Below are positions 40,410 to 50,808 of a stretch of DNA of 64,000 bases, piece after piece (the first letter of the stretch is position 1; every line of letters begins with the position of its first letter). The stretch lies in the IMG/VR virus record IMGVR_UViG_3300029258_004661, positions 1 through 64,000 of that record; one strand, written 5' to 3'. The position numbers were made by a program, and so were the translations under genes. Below the pieces are notes generated by a model. The model was not told where the DNA came from, ran no database searches, and worked only from the letters and a program-made list of their open reading frames with translations. Source of the stretch: an uncultured virus (IMG/VR IMGVR_UViG_3300029258_004661). Taxonomy: Duplodnaviria; Heunggongvirae; Uroviricota; Caudoviricetes.

Positions 40410-40808
40410 TTATAATAATGTTGAGAGCATTATAACAATGTCATCGCAAATGTCAAGCAATTCCGCAATATCGGAAGTGGAATCACCACCGGAAGAGAAA
40501 AACCCTTCCGGTACAACTTCATAATTCATACTCTTTCCATAGGGGAAATAATCATCGTGGACAACATTTGCGATCCACTCGCCAAGCTGGTCAGGAGTAA
40601 AGCTTAGCGTATAGAAGCCAGTGCCTACACCCTTTTCCTGAATAGACCAATCAACAGCGCCCGTACCATCAACTCTGCCATCACCATCAGGATCAAGAAT
40701 AGTGACAGCAAAGCTTGTAGAGTCAATTCCGCCTACCATATTGAACGTAGCCCGGTCTACAACCGGAAAGCTATCGTGTATTTCATTATTAATCAGTGCA
40801 TAGTTCAT
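40410..40808 (-). CDS. Ig-like virion protein
   Basis: VTILDPDG...GFYTLSFTPD..GEW Ig-like pattern. Confidence 0.55.
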   Translation of the reverse strand: MNYALINNEIHDSFPVVDRATFNMVGGIDSTSFAVTILDPDGDGRVDGTGAVDWSIQEKGVGTGFYTLSFTPDQLGEWIANVVHDDYFPYGKSMNYEVVPEGFFSSGGDSTSDIAELLDICDDIVIMLSTLL

Positions 40809-40827
40809 TAATTAAGCCCACTATGTG

Positions 40828-41730
40828 TTATGCAGTTCTCAATCTACTCATTGATAGGCCAAGTTTAAACTCCCAAGCATGGTCTGGCAAACCAGTCTTC
40901 ATGGTTATTTTTAATCTCATTCCATGCCCCCACAAATCTTCATCCTCAGTTGATAGAAGACAACCGCTGCAATTACCCATCAAAGGCCAATCATTTGCAA
41001 AGCGATGAAAAACATATTCATATATGAAAATATTATAACGACCATCTCCGGCAGGAGCAGGTGTTATATTTTCAAATTTTTTCGTCACGCTATTCCATTC
41101 CGCATTCCAAAAAGCAACAGGAGATAGATAAGATCCATCAGTTTGCTGAACATCGGGCATATAAACTAAACCACCGTCATGCTCTGAAAGATCTGAAAGT
41201 ATTTCTACCTCTCCAGTACTATCAATTGCTGGAATAACCATAATGCCAGCATAAAGTTTATAGTCTGTGTTGGTTCCATCCATAGATATTTGTGTGGCCC
41301 GCGAAACTATTTCAACAGACCCACAATCTTCATTTTGGCAATTACTGTGTGATTCATACCCTTCATTTATACTGGTGGTGTTTGCAATGGTATTAAAATC
41401 AACATAAATAGTGGCTTCAGTACTATCGCCAAGCTCGTGCTTGTAATATATTCTTTGACCATTTCCAACATCATCAACATCCGAAGGATCATCGCCGCGG
41501 CCAGTAAAGTTGGTAGTGAGTCCTGGCAATTTTGAACTTGAATGAGACCTCACCTTACCCGTAACGGAATCAACCGGAACAACCTCTTTCACCTCCCCAA
41601 TGATAACGGACTTTAAAGGGTCAATCTCATGGATGTTATTGTTGGGGCAAACGGTGGGCACCTCCGGGCTCCATGTCTCGATGTAGCCGCCCTCGGTGTT
41701 GCAATAAACCCGCCAGTTATAAACAGTCAT
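40828..41730 (-). CDS. Hypothetical virion protein with N-terminal Cys/His motif
   Basis: WRVYCNTE...PTVCPNN..H.ID. Confidence 0.55.
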   Translation of the reverse strand: MTVYNWRVYCNTEGGYIETWSPEVPTVCPNNNIHEIDPLKSVIIGEVKEVVPVDSVTGKVRSHSSSKLPGLTTNFTGRGDDPSDVDDVGNGQRIYYKHELGDSTEATIYVDFNTIANTTSINEGYESHSNCQNEDCGSVEIVSRATQISMDGTNTDYKLYAGIMVIPAIDSTGEVEILSDLSEHDGGLVYMPDVQQTDGSYLSPVAFWNAEWNSVTKKFENITPAPAGDGRYNIFIYEYVFHRFANDWPLMGNCSGCLLSTEDEDLWGHGMRLKITMKTGLPDHAWEFKLGLSMSRLRTA

Positions 41731-41747
41731 GGCCTGCCACCCTCTCG

Positions 41748-42902
41748 TTAAAATACAAGGTTCATTGAGGATAAATACACCTTGCCCCCAGCATTTTCAG
41801 CCTTCGCCTGCAACTCAAAAACAGACTCCCCCGAAGGAAGGTTGGCAAGGGAATTATCTGTTACTATTTTCCAGTTGGCACCATTTGGGAATTGCCAAAG
41901 ATAGCCAACCTTTGTCATAGAGGCCACAACGTTACTGCCGTGCGTCAGGTCCACTAATTGAAAGTGTCCAGTTTGATTAAACGGTATTTTCACCGCCACC
42001 TTAAAGGCCGTTGGCGCCCATATATTATTAGTGCCCCGAAAGATAAACTGGCGAACCGACTTCCAAGATGTAGCCTCTATTTCCTGATATGGGTTGGAGC
42101 CGTCAGAGATTGCAAAATTTATCTCATGCGGGAACTTGTCATTGTAGGCTTTGGCGCTCTGCTGGGTAATCAGGGCGGTGGCGCTGTCCGATGACATATT
42201 ATCCTGATCCAGCACTGACCTGATCTTATTTCCATCACCGGCAAAAACAAAGTAGCCAGAGCCATCATGCCCCACCCGGAAATACTCTGTTGGGGTCAAG
42301 CCAGCAAGAAACAAAAGCTCTTTTCGTATTTTGTGAACCCCGTCACCGAATATTCCAAGTAACTGTCCATCCCCGCTATCAGAGATAACAACATACTGGT
42401 CAGAGGTAGAGCCGCCAAGCTGCGTCACCTGCTTCATGAGGTTAAGGTACAGAGCCCTGGCATCTGTGCCATAAACAGATATACTGGCATTACCGCTGCT
42501 TCTTTGAATAACCACATAGCCAGTGCCAGCAACATTTCGGAGAATGAGGGTGCCGTTTTTTAAATCAAGATCATCCCCCTCAACCTTTGGTGTAATGACA
42601 CCGCCTTCCCGGTCAAATTTTGAATCACCAGCAAGATCTTGATAGGGCGATTCATAACTTATGTGGGAAATTCCATCAGTAGTATCAAGGTAGTTTGTCC
42701 CATCGCTACTTACGCTAAGGGTTGTGTTTTCGACAAGATCTTTTAAGTCGTTGGAATCAAAAATCTTTGATATGGGAAACAAACTATCTATGCTGTCTTC
42801 ACATAGCACTAGTTGCTCAGAGGGTTGGATTGACAACCCCAAATCGTCAATCCAAACCTCTGTGCTATCATTGTTCAGTACAACTACAAGCGGATTTGCC
42901 AT
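41748..42902 (-). CDS. Fibre-like virion protein
   Basis: N-terminal domain paralogous to 42922-44334; LDQDNMSSDSATALITQQS.KAY fibre motif. Confidence 0.6.
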   Translation of the reverse strand: MANPLVVVLNNDSTEVWIDDLGLSIQPSEQLVLCEDSIDSLFPISKIFDSNDLKDLVENTTLSVSSDGTNYLDTTDGISHISYESPYQDLAGDSKFDREGGVITPKVEGDDLDLKNGTLILRNVAGTGYVVIQRSSGNASISVYGTDARALYLNLMKQVTQLGGSTSDQYVVISDSGDGQLLGIFGDGVHKIRKELLFLAGLTPTEYFRVGHDGSGYFVFAGDGNKIRSVLDQDNMSSDSATALITQQSAKAYNDKFPHEINFAISDGSNPYQEIEATSWKSVRQFIFRGTNNIWAPTAFKVAVKIPFNQTGHFQLVDLTHGSNVVASMTKVGYLWQFPNGANWKIVTDNSLANLPSGESVFELQAKAENAGGKVYLSSMNLVF

Positions 42903-42921
42903 TACATTCCTACCACATTAT

Positions 42922-44334
42922 TTATTTCTTTTCGTACGCATACCATATGGTCACGACCGGGTTTCTCGGCGTAACACTGCTTGTCAGGCCACACTGTAAA
43001 AAACTCCCTGCATCAATAGATTCATCAATGGTATCGTCGTGATCGCCCTGCGCGGAAGAAATGGCCAGCGTAAAAAGGTTTATGGCAACATCATCCTTTC
43101 TTACAATAAGGGTGCCTGTACTGACATTGCTTAATTGACAGCTAATGCCGGTAATGCATACATCCTTATGGAATCTTGGGCCAGATTGATTGGCAGGAAC
43201 TTCACCAGAAAGCAAATAGGCGTTTGCACTGTTGCCTTGCCTGCTGAAGCTCATTGTCATTCTGGCCTTTGAGAGCCATTTGCCTCTTGTGCCATCATAG
43301 ACATATTCAATACCGTCAGCATCAACATGGACCTGACCATTGGCAAGGCTAACGCTGGGGAACGTGGCGTTAGGAACAAGCCTGAAACCAGCTTGCGTAC
43401 CACCGCCGTTGTCAATCTCAACGGGGCCGGAATCTGCCGTAATGGCGCGGCCTGCACCAGCACCGCCTTCATCATACGCCTCATCCAACGTATTGCTTTC
43501 CGCGGCACTGGTAATTGCATCGCTGAGCTCGCTAATGGCCGTCTCAGCATCACACGGAGAGCTTGGTACATTCGGATACGTACCTTCAACATCAATTTCG
43601 CTGGCATCGTGCTTGCCGGCTCCACCGTCAAAGTGGCCGCTGTAATCAATGTCGCCCATTTTCAGCCATGTATCGGTGGGGCCATCATACACATACTGGG
43701 CGTCATTGCCATCGCCGTCATCATTGACGTTAACAAGGGTCTGGTCAGCAGATTCCGTGGTGTCGGCCCATGCACCACTATCAAATACATGGATATTTTC
43801 GGTGGCATGATCCAGGTTAATAACCCGGTCGCCCTCGGCAACATCCCCATCATCAACCCATGCGGCCCCATTCCATTTGTAGTATTTGTCATCGTCGGTA
43901 TCAACATAAACATCGCCAACATTTGAGGCCGTGGCATCGCTGGCAATGTCAAGAACACGATATAAGACAGGCGCAACAAAACTTGGATCCCCAAAGGCCG
44001 GTTTGTTCGTCAAATTATTCCAATGGATTTCTGCCTGCCCAGAGCCCTGAAGCTGTGCTCTTGTATAGAACGTGTCCATGAGGTATTGCTGGCGAACAAT
44101 AGTTAAATACAGAACGCCATCTGCGGCACTCAGGTCGTCTGAGCCATCATTCACAACAAGATCGCCATTTTCAACCAATGTGCGGAGATCATCACTACCA
44201 GCAATTTCAGGATATGTTTCCTGATTACTTAGCGTTATTTGATCTCCAGCGGGGACACCAATGATTCCAAGATCAGGTATTTCAATGTCCGTGGAATCAT
44301 TGTTTTTAATAATGACAGTATGCATTATGGCCAT
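42922..44334 (-). CDS. Fibre-like virion protein
   Basis: WNNLTNKP, GDVYVDTD, HDASEI and TLDEAYD.GG.GAGR fibre motifs; AAGGAG SD. Confidence 0.65.
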   Translation of the reverse strand: MAIMHTVIIKNNDSTDIEIPDLGIIGVPAGDQITLSNQETYPEIAGSDDLRTLVENGDLVVNDGSDDLSAADGVLYLTIVRQQYLMDTFYTRAQLQGSGQAEIHWNNLTNKPAFGDPSFVAPVLYRVLDIASDATASNVGDVYVDTDDDKYYKWNGAAWVDDGDVAEGDRVINLDHATENIHVFDSGAWADTTESADQTLVNVNDDGDGNDAQYVYDGPTDTWLKMGDIDYSGHFDGGAGKHDASEIDVEGTYPNVPSSPCDAETAISELSDAITSAAESNTLDEAYDEGGAGAGRAITADSGPVEIDNGGGTQAGFRLVPNATFPSVSLANGQVHVDADGIEYVYDGTRGKWLSKARMTMSFSRQGNSANAYLLSGEVPANQSGPRFHKDVCITGISCQLSNVSTGTLIVRKDDVAINLFTLAISSAQGDHDDTIDESIDAGSFLQCGLTSSVTPRNPVVTIWYAYEKK

Positions 44335-44349
44335 ATCAATTTCTCCTTT

Positions 44350-44796
44350 CTAATTTTCTCGCCACGCTACCGTGGCTTGCAAGACCGGAAAATCTACATT
44401 TCCAGAAATCGGCTCACAATTACAGCCAAGCCAATCATCTTCAGAAAGCAAATCACTCAGGTTTTCGAGCTTACCAAAATTAACACCAGATAAAACAATT
44501 TGACGTACCAAGGAATCGTTATTTTTATAAAGATTAAAATTTGCATTTGCATTGTTTTGACAGCGAACAGAAAGAGAAACTAATATTCCATTTTTTTCTA
44601 CTAGCGGCCCATTGACATTAGTGTGTAACTCGGCAATGAATTGCATTGCTGTAGCGCAACCTATATTTCTATGGTCAATGGCAAAGGTGTAGGTCCGCAT
44701 ATTGACACTAAGCCATAATGCCCTAGTTGGGTCATACAAGTAAGGAAGGCCGTCAATGCGGCGAACCAAATCAGGATTTATATTATCCTGTAACAT
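44350..44796 (-). CDS. Paralogue of the C-terminal domain of 42922-44334
   Basis: DGLPYLYDPTRALWLS vs DGIEYVYDGTRGKWLS; similar C-terminal PV...W. Confidence 0.6.
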   Translation of the reverse strand: MLQDNINPDLVRRIDGLPYLYDPTRALWLSVNMRTYTFAIDHRNIGCATAMQFIAELHTNVNGPLVEKNGILVSLSVRCQNNANANFNLYKNNDSLVRQIVLSGVNFGKLENLSDLLSEDDWLGCNCEPISGNVDFPVLQATVAWREN

Positions 44797-45035
44797 TAAT
44801 ATACTTCCTCTGATGACATGCTTGTGATTTTGCCATTGCCATCCCGTGTAAAGGTAATGCGTTTTGCATAGTCAGTATCCTGATAAAGCAGGGTCTCAAT
44901 CAGCCTTCCATTGGCATCTCGGGTAAACGTGGCGTTATGAAGCGTGAAAATTTTCGTTATTGCCTGAAAATTTACCTTGCGCCTCGTCCTTGTATTTCCA
45001 TCCGGACCTACCCGAATTTCTTTTGATATGCTCAA
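44796..45035 (-). CDS. Small protein with YD-like repeats
   Basis: TFTRDANGRL and TFTRDGNGKI. Confidence 0.5.
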   Translation of the reverse strand: MSISKEIRVGPDGNTRTRRKVNFQAITKIFTLHNATFTRDANGRLIETLLYQDTDYAKRITFTRDGNGKITSMSSEEVY

Positions 45036-45037
45036 GG

Positions 45038-47023
45038 CTATTCTCCAACATCAGAAAGTTTACGAATCATGGCCTCTTGCAAAAGGTCAATGGCAAAGTC
45101 TGGAAGCGGAACAATGTGGCGAATAACATCCATGTTATCCATAAACTCAAAATTGGGAATGATGTCCATGCTTGATATTGCCCTGTAGCGCATCAACCCC
45201 TTCTTGATCTCTTTGAGTCCATCATCTGTTAGCGCCTGCATTATCAGTTTAAAGCGAAGTTTCTCGCTTGAGGGTATGGCCCCATCTTCATCGGGCTGGG
45301 GACCATACATTTCCGTAAGAAGGTCTATCATATCAGCATCGGGCTCTGACAATCTCTTTTCAGCCTCACTCATTTTTGCCCGTCGCTGTTCGGCACGCTT
45401 ACCACCGGGGCGAAGATCCTTCCTGTCAACATCCCGGGTGCCTGTGCTGCTTTCCCGCTTCGGCCTACGAGGAACGGCCCTGCTTTTAGCCCCATCAATA
45501 GGGATTACATTGGTAGGAGCTTTTTCGCCCGGGAGCTGGCTGGGAGCCTCCGTTTCATCAACCTCATCTTTAAGGGTAGAAACGGGAATTTGCAGAACCT
45601 TGGCGAGCTCTTCAATATCAGGGTATATTTTTGGACGCAAGCCAATTTGAACCATATTGTCAACATTGCGGAGCATTTCAATGAAAATCTCTTTAAGAGC
45701 CAACTTGCGGTTAAAATCAAGGTTCTCCATTTCAAAGTAGCAATCGCACCACTCGCTACGTTTGAAGTTGCCCTGCACCAATATGGGTACAAGCTGCGTA
45801 TTAACCGCCAATTCAATATCGGTAACGAGCCCCTTCTCGCTCATGAGAAACAAATCAGCATGAACAGAAGATGAACTATAAGAGCCACCCTCCGTTACCG
45901 TGTTGTCGGGCAGGAAGATTCCATGCAGAATGGCCTTGTCAATATGGTTAATGGCCTCAATGAACATCTCGCCACGCTTGTCGTCAAGCAAGTACTCCAG
46001 GCCCCACATATTTTCGTTTGTATTGCGGTTGCTTTGGTAGGGCAGGGCAGCAACGCTGTTGCTCAGAAGGCTTGAGGCAAGGTCTAAGGCCACATCAAGG
46101 TTGTCACGCCTTGTTGTACCGTCAGAATCAGTTGACCGCCCCATTGGGGCCGTAGCCACTACAGGCGGGCTTCCGCGGCGCTCAAAATACATGAGCATGA
46201 ACTGGTACATGATTTCTTTCCAGTACCAGTATTTATATACCGACTCAAGACGGGACATTCCATACAGGTTCCCAAACTCGTAGTCGTTTGTAAACAGGAA
46301 GCTCTTATTCTTATCAATGGTGACGTCTCCCTTTCCCATCATTGATTGGGTAATGCTGGAGAAGTCATCAAACTTGTTCACGTTGATTGTTATTGAATCT
46401 GGGTAATGGGGTTTAATTTTCTTATAGGTCAGGGCTGGTCCCTTAAAAAAGGTTTTCTTCTTACCAGTTTTGTTTTCTGACCGAACATGGATGTCCCTTA
46501 GGGCGTAAACTTTCTCGTGGCTGGCAAACCCATATTCAACCGCCGTGAGAACACTCTTTAGGGTAGACCTCCATATGGGTTTAATAATATACTCAACCGT
46601 TTTAGCGATTTTATCATTTTCGCATTGTATGCGCCACGGCAGACTCATGATTGGCAATTTAACAAAAGCAAGTGCGGCAGCAATTTGCGGATCCTTCTTC
46701 ATCTTCTTGAAGGTATCAATGGTAATTTCGGAAGGGTTGTAAATGCCGTAATCTTTACCAAAGGCCATGCCGGATACATTTGGGTTGTCTATGCGGGTAA
46801 GCTCTTTCAGGTTAATAACAGGAACCTCATCCTCGTCGGCCTTTCTGCCCCCTTTTCTGCCCTTCAGCTTAGCTTCCCCCTTAAGGAAACTGCTGAATTC
46901 ATCCTGGAGCTCCCGGCTGAAATGCTTCTCTGTGAAATCTTCAAGTCCCTTGCGGTCCCTTCTTGACATGATTGGACCGCTGGTCTTTTTAACAACCGCT
47001 CTCCGCTTCTTTTTCTTAGCCAT
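45038..47023 (-). CDS. Portal protein (Mu gp29/DUF935-like) with C-terminal extension
   Basis: MKKDPQI, AVEYGFASHEKVY, GNLYGMSRL..VY.YWYWK, ERRGSP, GGSY...VH; follows TerL. Confidence 0.9.
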   Translation of the reverse strand: MAKKKKRRAVVKKTSGPIMSRRDRKGLEDFTEKHFSRELQDEFSSFLKGEAKLKGRKGGRKADEDEVPVINLKELTRIDNPNVSGMAFGKDYGIYNPSEITIDTFKKMKKDPQIAAALAFVKLPIMSLPWRIQCENDKIAKTVEYIIKPIWRSTLKSVLTAVEYGFASHEKVYALRDIHVRSENKTGKKKTFFKGPALTYKKIKPHYPDSITINVNKFDDFSSITQSMMGKGDVTIDKNKSFLFTNDYEFGNLYGMSRLESVYKYWYWKEIMYQFMLMYFERRGSPPVVATAPMGRSTDSDGTTRRDNLDVALDLASSLLSNSVAALPYQSNRNTNENMWGLEYLLDDKRGEMFIEAINHIDKAILHGIFLPDNTVTEGGSYSSSSVHADLFLMSEKGLVTDIELAVNTQLVPILVQGNFKRSEWCDCYFEMENLDFNRKLALKEIFIEMLRNVDNMVQIGLRPKIYPDIEELAKVLQIPVSTLKDEVDETEAPSQLPGEKAPTNVIPIDGAKSRAVPRRPKRESSTGTRDVDRKDLRPGGKRAEQRRAKMSEAEKRLSEPDADMIDLLTEMYGPQPDEDGAIPSSEKLRFKLIMQALTDDGLKEIKKGLMRYRAISSMDIIPNFEFMDNMDVIRHIVPLPDFAIDLLQEAMIRKLSDVGE

Positions 47024-47039
47024 CAGAAAGTCCCTTCCA

Positions 47040-48887
47040 TTAATGAGGCGGCAAAACCCCAAAAGATGGACCAGTGTGTCTTGCTATGGGAACACTGGTT
47101 GTCTTTTTGTTAAACAATCTCTTTTTTGGTCTTGAAACAATATTCTCTGGAACGGCCCTGTCAACTTTCTTCTTTGACACGCTCAAGCTACCAATTTCAT
47201 CAGGGCGAAGCTCTTCAACCGCAAGGGCCGTAGCCCAAACAATATCGCCATGATGCTCCTTATTCTTTTCCGCGTCAAAGCGGAGGTTTCCATGATCTGT
47301 GACCATTCGCTTAATACTGTGAAACTGGCCTCTGACATCCCGGTCATCAGGCAGGGCCAAATTTTGCGTTTCCATTAGCCTGCGAGTATGACTGGCATTA
47401 AGCTCTTTCCAAGAGTTAGTAAAATTAATTGGAATACAAACTCCCGGATATTTCTTTTCCATGTTCTCGCCAAGCTGAATACCGGGGCCAGTTTCATCAA
47501 TACCCATACGCTCAAGACCAAGCCAATCAATTGCTCGGCCAAGTTCAGCCTCCTGCGCTTCAAAATCTACATTGTTGAACTTAATTCTTCCGCGAAGGGC
47601 AACAGGGCCGCGTGGCACATCCTCAACAATTATAAGCTCCGCGTTGTGTTTACGCCGTCCAACGTCGAAGCCAGCAGAAAGCGATCCCTTAAACTCCCCT
47701 GCCCGCTTAGCGGCGGCAAGGTCATCAAGGGCGGTATAATAATTAAATTTAACCTCTGGGTACGAAGTCTCAACAGGAAAACTTTTAGCATCTTCAGCAT
47801 ATTCATCTTCCTCAAGGTAAATTTTGTCCTTTATTACGCTATAGGTGCAGCGCTTAATAAGATCAAGAGGAAAAAAGGAAACACTCTCGTCAATATGTAA
47901 AAGCTCATATTCCTGCTGAAAGGATTCAAGATCCATACTCAGGAATATGCTAATAAGCTTGTCACTGCCATATTTGTCTACGCGCTCGGCAGTTGACATC
48001 TTATTAGCCTTCTTGTTGGCCTCCTTAAACTTCCCCTTTTGGACAAAATCAATACAATGCCACCAGAAAACCCGCTGGTATCTGTATATACGTCTGAATT
48101 CTGGCTTATCAGCAATGTCCCAGTGAATGCCGCTTTTTCCAAGCGGTGTGCTTCCTATGGTGATACCACCCTTTCCCCTAGTGGTAATAGGCAGGGCGGC
48201 AGTGTAAATCTGGTTTCCGAAAATATAATGTGCGGCCTCGTCAAGAACAACCTCTGTGTTACCGCCCTTCCCACGGGGCTCCCTTTGTGCGTGGCTGATT
48301 ATGCGGGTACGGGTTGTACGGCCTCGCCACTTGCCCTCGAACTCCAAACACTTGCGGTTGTCCACCACCAACTTCTTTTTCCACGCCAGCGGCATACTGT
48401 CATACATGGCGCGGGCGTAGGTGATCTTCTCATTGGCTTCATCTTGGTTGATGGAAATAAAAATTTTCGTGTACTTGTGCATCAGATGGGACTTAGCCAG
48501 CCCCTCGGCAGCAAACACATAACTGAAGCCAGTCTGCCTCGCCTTGTCTATATGCCAAAAGGAAACTTTTCGGTTCAAATACTTTACCTGATACCCATAA
48601 AGACGAGTAGGGTTAAATTCCGTTTCGGTTAGCCCCTCAATAAAACCGGGAACCGTTGACAACCAGTTGGCAAGCTCCTCTTCAGTGGGTTGTTTTTTTA
48701 CCACTGTAAGGGGAGCAGCTTTTCGTTGCGGCTTCTTTTTGCTAACCACCACTGCGGCCCGGCGCTTATTATCAGCTGGCTTTGAGCTTAGCTCCTCACT
48801 GGCCTCACTAACAAAAGAACCGACATCCAATTGTCGGCTCTTTTTCACCTTCTTTTTCCTCTTCTTTTTGGAAACCATCAAACTCAT
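47040..48887 (-). CDS. terL: Terminase large subunit
   Basis: KARQTGFS Walker A, VVLDEAAH Walker B, GSTPLG, FQQEYE, GFDVGR, DETGPG, HHGD nuclease motifs. Confidence 0.95.
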   Translation of the reverse strand: MSLMVSKKKRKKKVKKSRQLDVGSFVSEASEELSSKPADNKRRAAVVVSKKKPQRKAAPLTVVKKQPTEEELANWLSTVPGFIEGLTETEFNPTRLYGYQVKYLNRKVSFWHIDKARQTGFSYVFAAEGLAKSHLMHKYTKIFISINQDEANEKITYARAMYDSMPLAWKKKLVVDNRKCLEFEGKWRGRTTRTRIISHAQREPRGKGGNTEVVLDEAAHYIFGNQIYTAALPITTRGKGGITIGSTPLGKSGIHWDIADKPEFRRIYRYQRVFWWHCIDFVQKGKFKEANKKANKMSTAERVDKYGSDKLISIFLSMDLESFQQEYELLHIDESVSFFPLDLIKRCTYSVIKDKIYLEEDEYAEDAKSFPVETSYPEVKFNYYTALDDLAAAKRAGEFKGSLSAGFDVGRRKHNAELIIVEDVPRGPVALRGRIKFNNVDFEAQEAELGRAIDWLGLERMGIDETGPGIQLGENMEKKYPGVCIPINFTNSWKELNASHTRRLMETQNLALPDDRDVRGQFHSIKRMVTDHGNLRFDAEKNKEHHGDIVWATALAVEELRPDEIGSLSVSKKKVDRAVPENIVSRPKKRLFNKKTTSVPIARHTGPSFGVLPPH

Positions 48888-48890
48888 GGG

Positions 48891-49388
48891 TTACTTCTTT
48901 CTATGGTCATCCAGGTTTGACACCCTTTTCTCTTTCTTCATTTTCTTCCCAGAGCAACTCTTGTTGTAGCGGTCGGCAAGCTTATTGGTTGACAAATGGC
49001 CTACCTTTTGGGTTACGTCCCCGTCGGTGTCAAGGCGGGCCTCATGCTGTAGGCCAATAATGAGCTGTCGCAAATCGGTGTCACGCATATGCTCTAAGCA
49101 GGCGGGGTCAACAGCCACCCTGCGAAACAGTTCATTATATAGGAATGGGAGCACCGTAGACGCCTGCTGCTTCCTAAATTCCTTCCCTTCCTCATTCACC
49201 TTGAGGAAGCGTTCAGCGTAGCGTCTGACCTCATCCTGAAAGGCCGGGTCATCAAGCCATGTGTTCACCATTCTTGTACTCTGGCCAACCTTGATTGCGA
49301 TTTCCCGCGTGGAAAGGTTTTCCGTTGCGAACATCATCGCCGCTTTCATCTTCGCAAACTGCAATGTATCTCTTTTATTTCTCTTCAT
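48891..49388 (-). CDS. terS: Terminase small subunit (HTH)
   Basis: STREIAIKVGQSTRMVNTWLDDPAF HTH; directly upstream of TerL; GGAGG SD. Confidence 0.7.
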   Translation of the reverse strand: MKRNKRDTLQFAKMKAAMMFATENLSTREIAIKVGQSTRMVNTWLDDPAFQDEVRRYAERFLKVNEEGKEFRKQQASTVLPFLYNELFRRVAVDPACLEHMRDTDLRQLIIGLQHEARLDTDGDVTQKVGHLSTNKLADRYNKSCSGKKMKKEKRVSNLDDHRKK

Positions 49389-49453
49389 AACGACCTCCAT
49401 TATTTAGTTTTAAGTAGCATATGTGGACGCATTGTGTCAAATCAGAAAACAAC

Positions 49454-49486
49454 AAAAAAAAGCCCGTTGGCAATGCCAGCGGGCTT
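49454..49486 (-). terminator. Rho-independent terminator before the packaging operon
   Basis: Minus strand AAGCCCGCTGGCA-T-TGCCAACGGGCTT followed by a U run. Confidence 0.8.
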
Positions 49487-49514
49487 GAAGGGTACTGCTA
49501 TCGCAGGGAGGAAC

Positions 49515-49874
49515 CTACGATGGTACTGAAACCATGCTGTCCCTATCTAAAACTCTTGATGAAACAATCTTGCAATTAAGTTTTTCAGGAATGGCTCCCA
49601 GCATTCTATCAATAGCACTGGTATCGCCACAACAAAAGAAATCGAGTTGTAAATCATGTTTCTCTGGCCACGTGCTAAGAATAATATGGCTCTCTGCCAA
49701 TATGGCAACGGCGGTTATGCCGTCTGGGAAAAACTCATATGAAATCGCCCTGCGAACATGCAACCCGCAATGTTCAATAAGGTCAAACATTGCACTTTCG
49801 AAAGCCTTACTGGTTAAATGGAAAACACCAATGCTTGCCCGAACATGAAGTGACCGCATGCAACACTCCCCCAT
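49515..49874 (-). CDS. speD: AdoMetDC/SpeD-family proenzyme (second copy)
   Basis: F.PDGITAVAILAE-SHIILSTWPE...LDFFCCG. Confidence 0.85.
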   Translation of the reverse strand: MGECCMRSLHVRASIGVFHLTSKAFESAMFDLIEHCGLHVRRAISYEFFPDGITAVAILAESHIILSTWPEKHDLQLDFFCCGDTSAIDRMLGAIPEKLNCKIVSSRVLDRDSMVSVPS

Positions 49875-49881
49875 AGGGCAC

Positions 49882-50808
49882 TCAACATTCCCTCAAGAAT
49901 TTAATCGGTTTAAGTTGCCGCAACACGCTTTGATCTTGCTCCCTTTGGAAACTGACCATCTTGAACTTATTTAATAGCACATTAAGCTTTTTCATGTCAA
50001 GGCGTCCGTGGCGGCAAGCAAGCACAACCCGCTGATCAGCCGACAATTCTATTAGGGATATGTTTCGCTTATATATTTCATAATCTTCTTTACTTATTGT
50101 CTTTTTAATTCTTTTTTCGGTTATAAGTTTAACAGCCGTTTTTGGCCCCACCCCTTTTACGCCGGGAATGTCATCAATGCTGTCCCCAACAAGGGCAAGG
50201 TATTTTACAAATTGTCTCGGGCTAAGGCCAAATTTTTCTTTTAATTTTTTTCGGTCCATGATTACATCTTTGCGCTTATGGCAAAATACTCGAAACCCAT
50301 TTTTCGGACCATGTATGAGTTGATGGAAGTCTTTGTCATCAGAGTAAATAATGACATCGGTATTGGTGTCCTGCCTGCGAAGCCACACTTCGTTAGAAAC
50401 ATGGGCCACAACATCATCCGCCTCATAAAGCGGACTGGCATACGTAACAGTTATTGGCAGGCAATTGAGGAATCGGTCAAGGAGCTTCTTTCCGCGGGCT
50501 ATTTCAATCTTCAGTGGGCCTCTGCTACTCTTGTAGTCTTCAAATACATCAACCCTTGGTAGAAGATCTCTGGCAACAACCGGCTTTCTAGCATGCTGTT
50601 TGACACTCATTGGTGCCACGCCACTGTCGAAAACAACACAAGTCCTTAAGAATTGATAATGCTTGTTAAGCCTGACAATGGCCTTTAGAAAACCATAAGG
50701 GATGCCGGTGTGAACAACTTCTCCCTTAACTTTGGTCTTCAGGCTTCCATGAACGCCTTGGCTCTTGTGTAACAGGAGGTTTCCATCAATTATCAGATAC
50801 CTCTTCAT
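49882..50808 (-). CDS. 5'-3' exonuclease / flap endonuclease (Pol I N-terminal family)
   Basis: LIIDGN, VVFD, YKSSR, EADDVVA, SDDKDFHQL, LVGDSIDDIPGVKGVGPKTA. Confidence 0.92.
   Translation of the reverse strand: MKRYLIIDGNLLLHKSQGVHGSLKTKVKGEVVHTGIPYGFLKAIVRLNKHYQFLRTCVVFDSGVAPMSVKQHARKPVVARDLLPRVDVFEDYKSSRGPLKIEIARGKKLLDRFLNCLPITVTYASPLYEADDVVAHVSNEVWLRRQDTNTDVIIYSDDKDFHQLIHGPKNGFRVFCHKRKDVIMDRKKLKEKFGLSPRQFVKYLALVGDSIDDIPGVKGVGPKTAVKLITEKRIKKTISKEDYEIYKRNISLIELSADQRVVLACRHGRLDMKKLNVLLNKFKMVSFQREQDQSVLRQLKPIKFLREC

Noticed and set aside
14894..48632. Long plus-strand ORFs (e.g. 14894-15760, 19475-20191, 26695-27726, 32636-33271)
   Set aside because: Antisense shadows of well-supported minus-strand structural genes, with no recognisable motifs.
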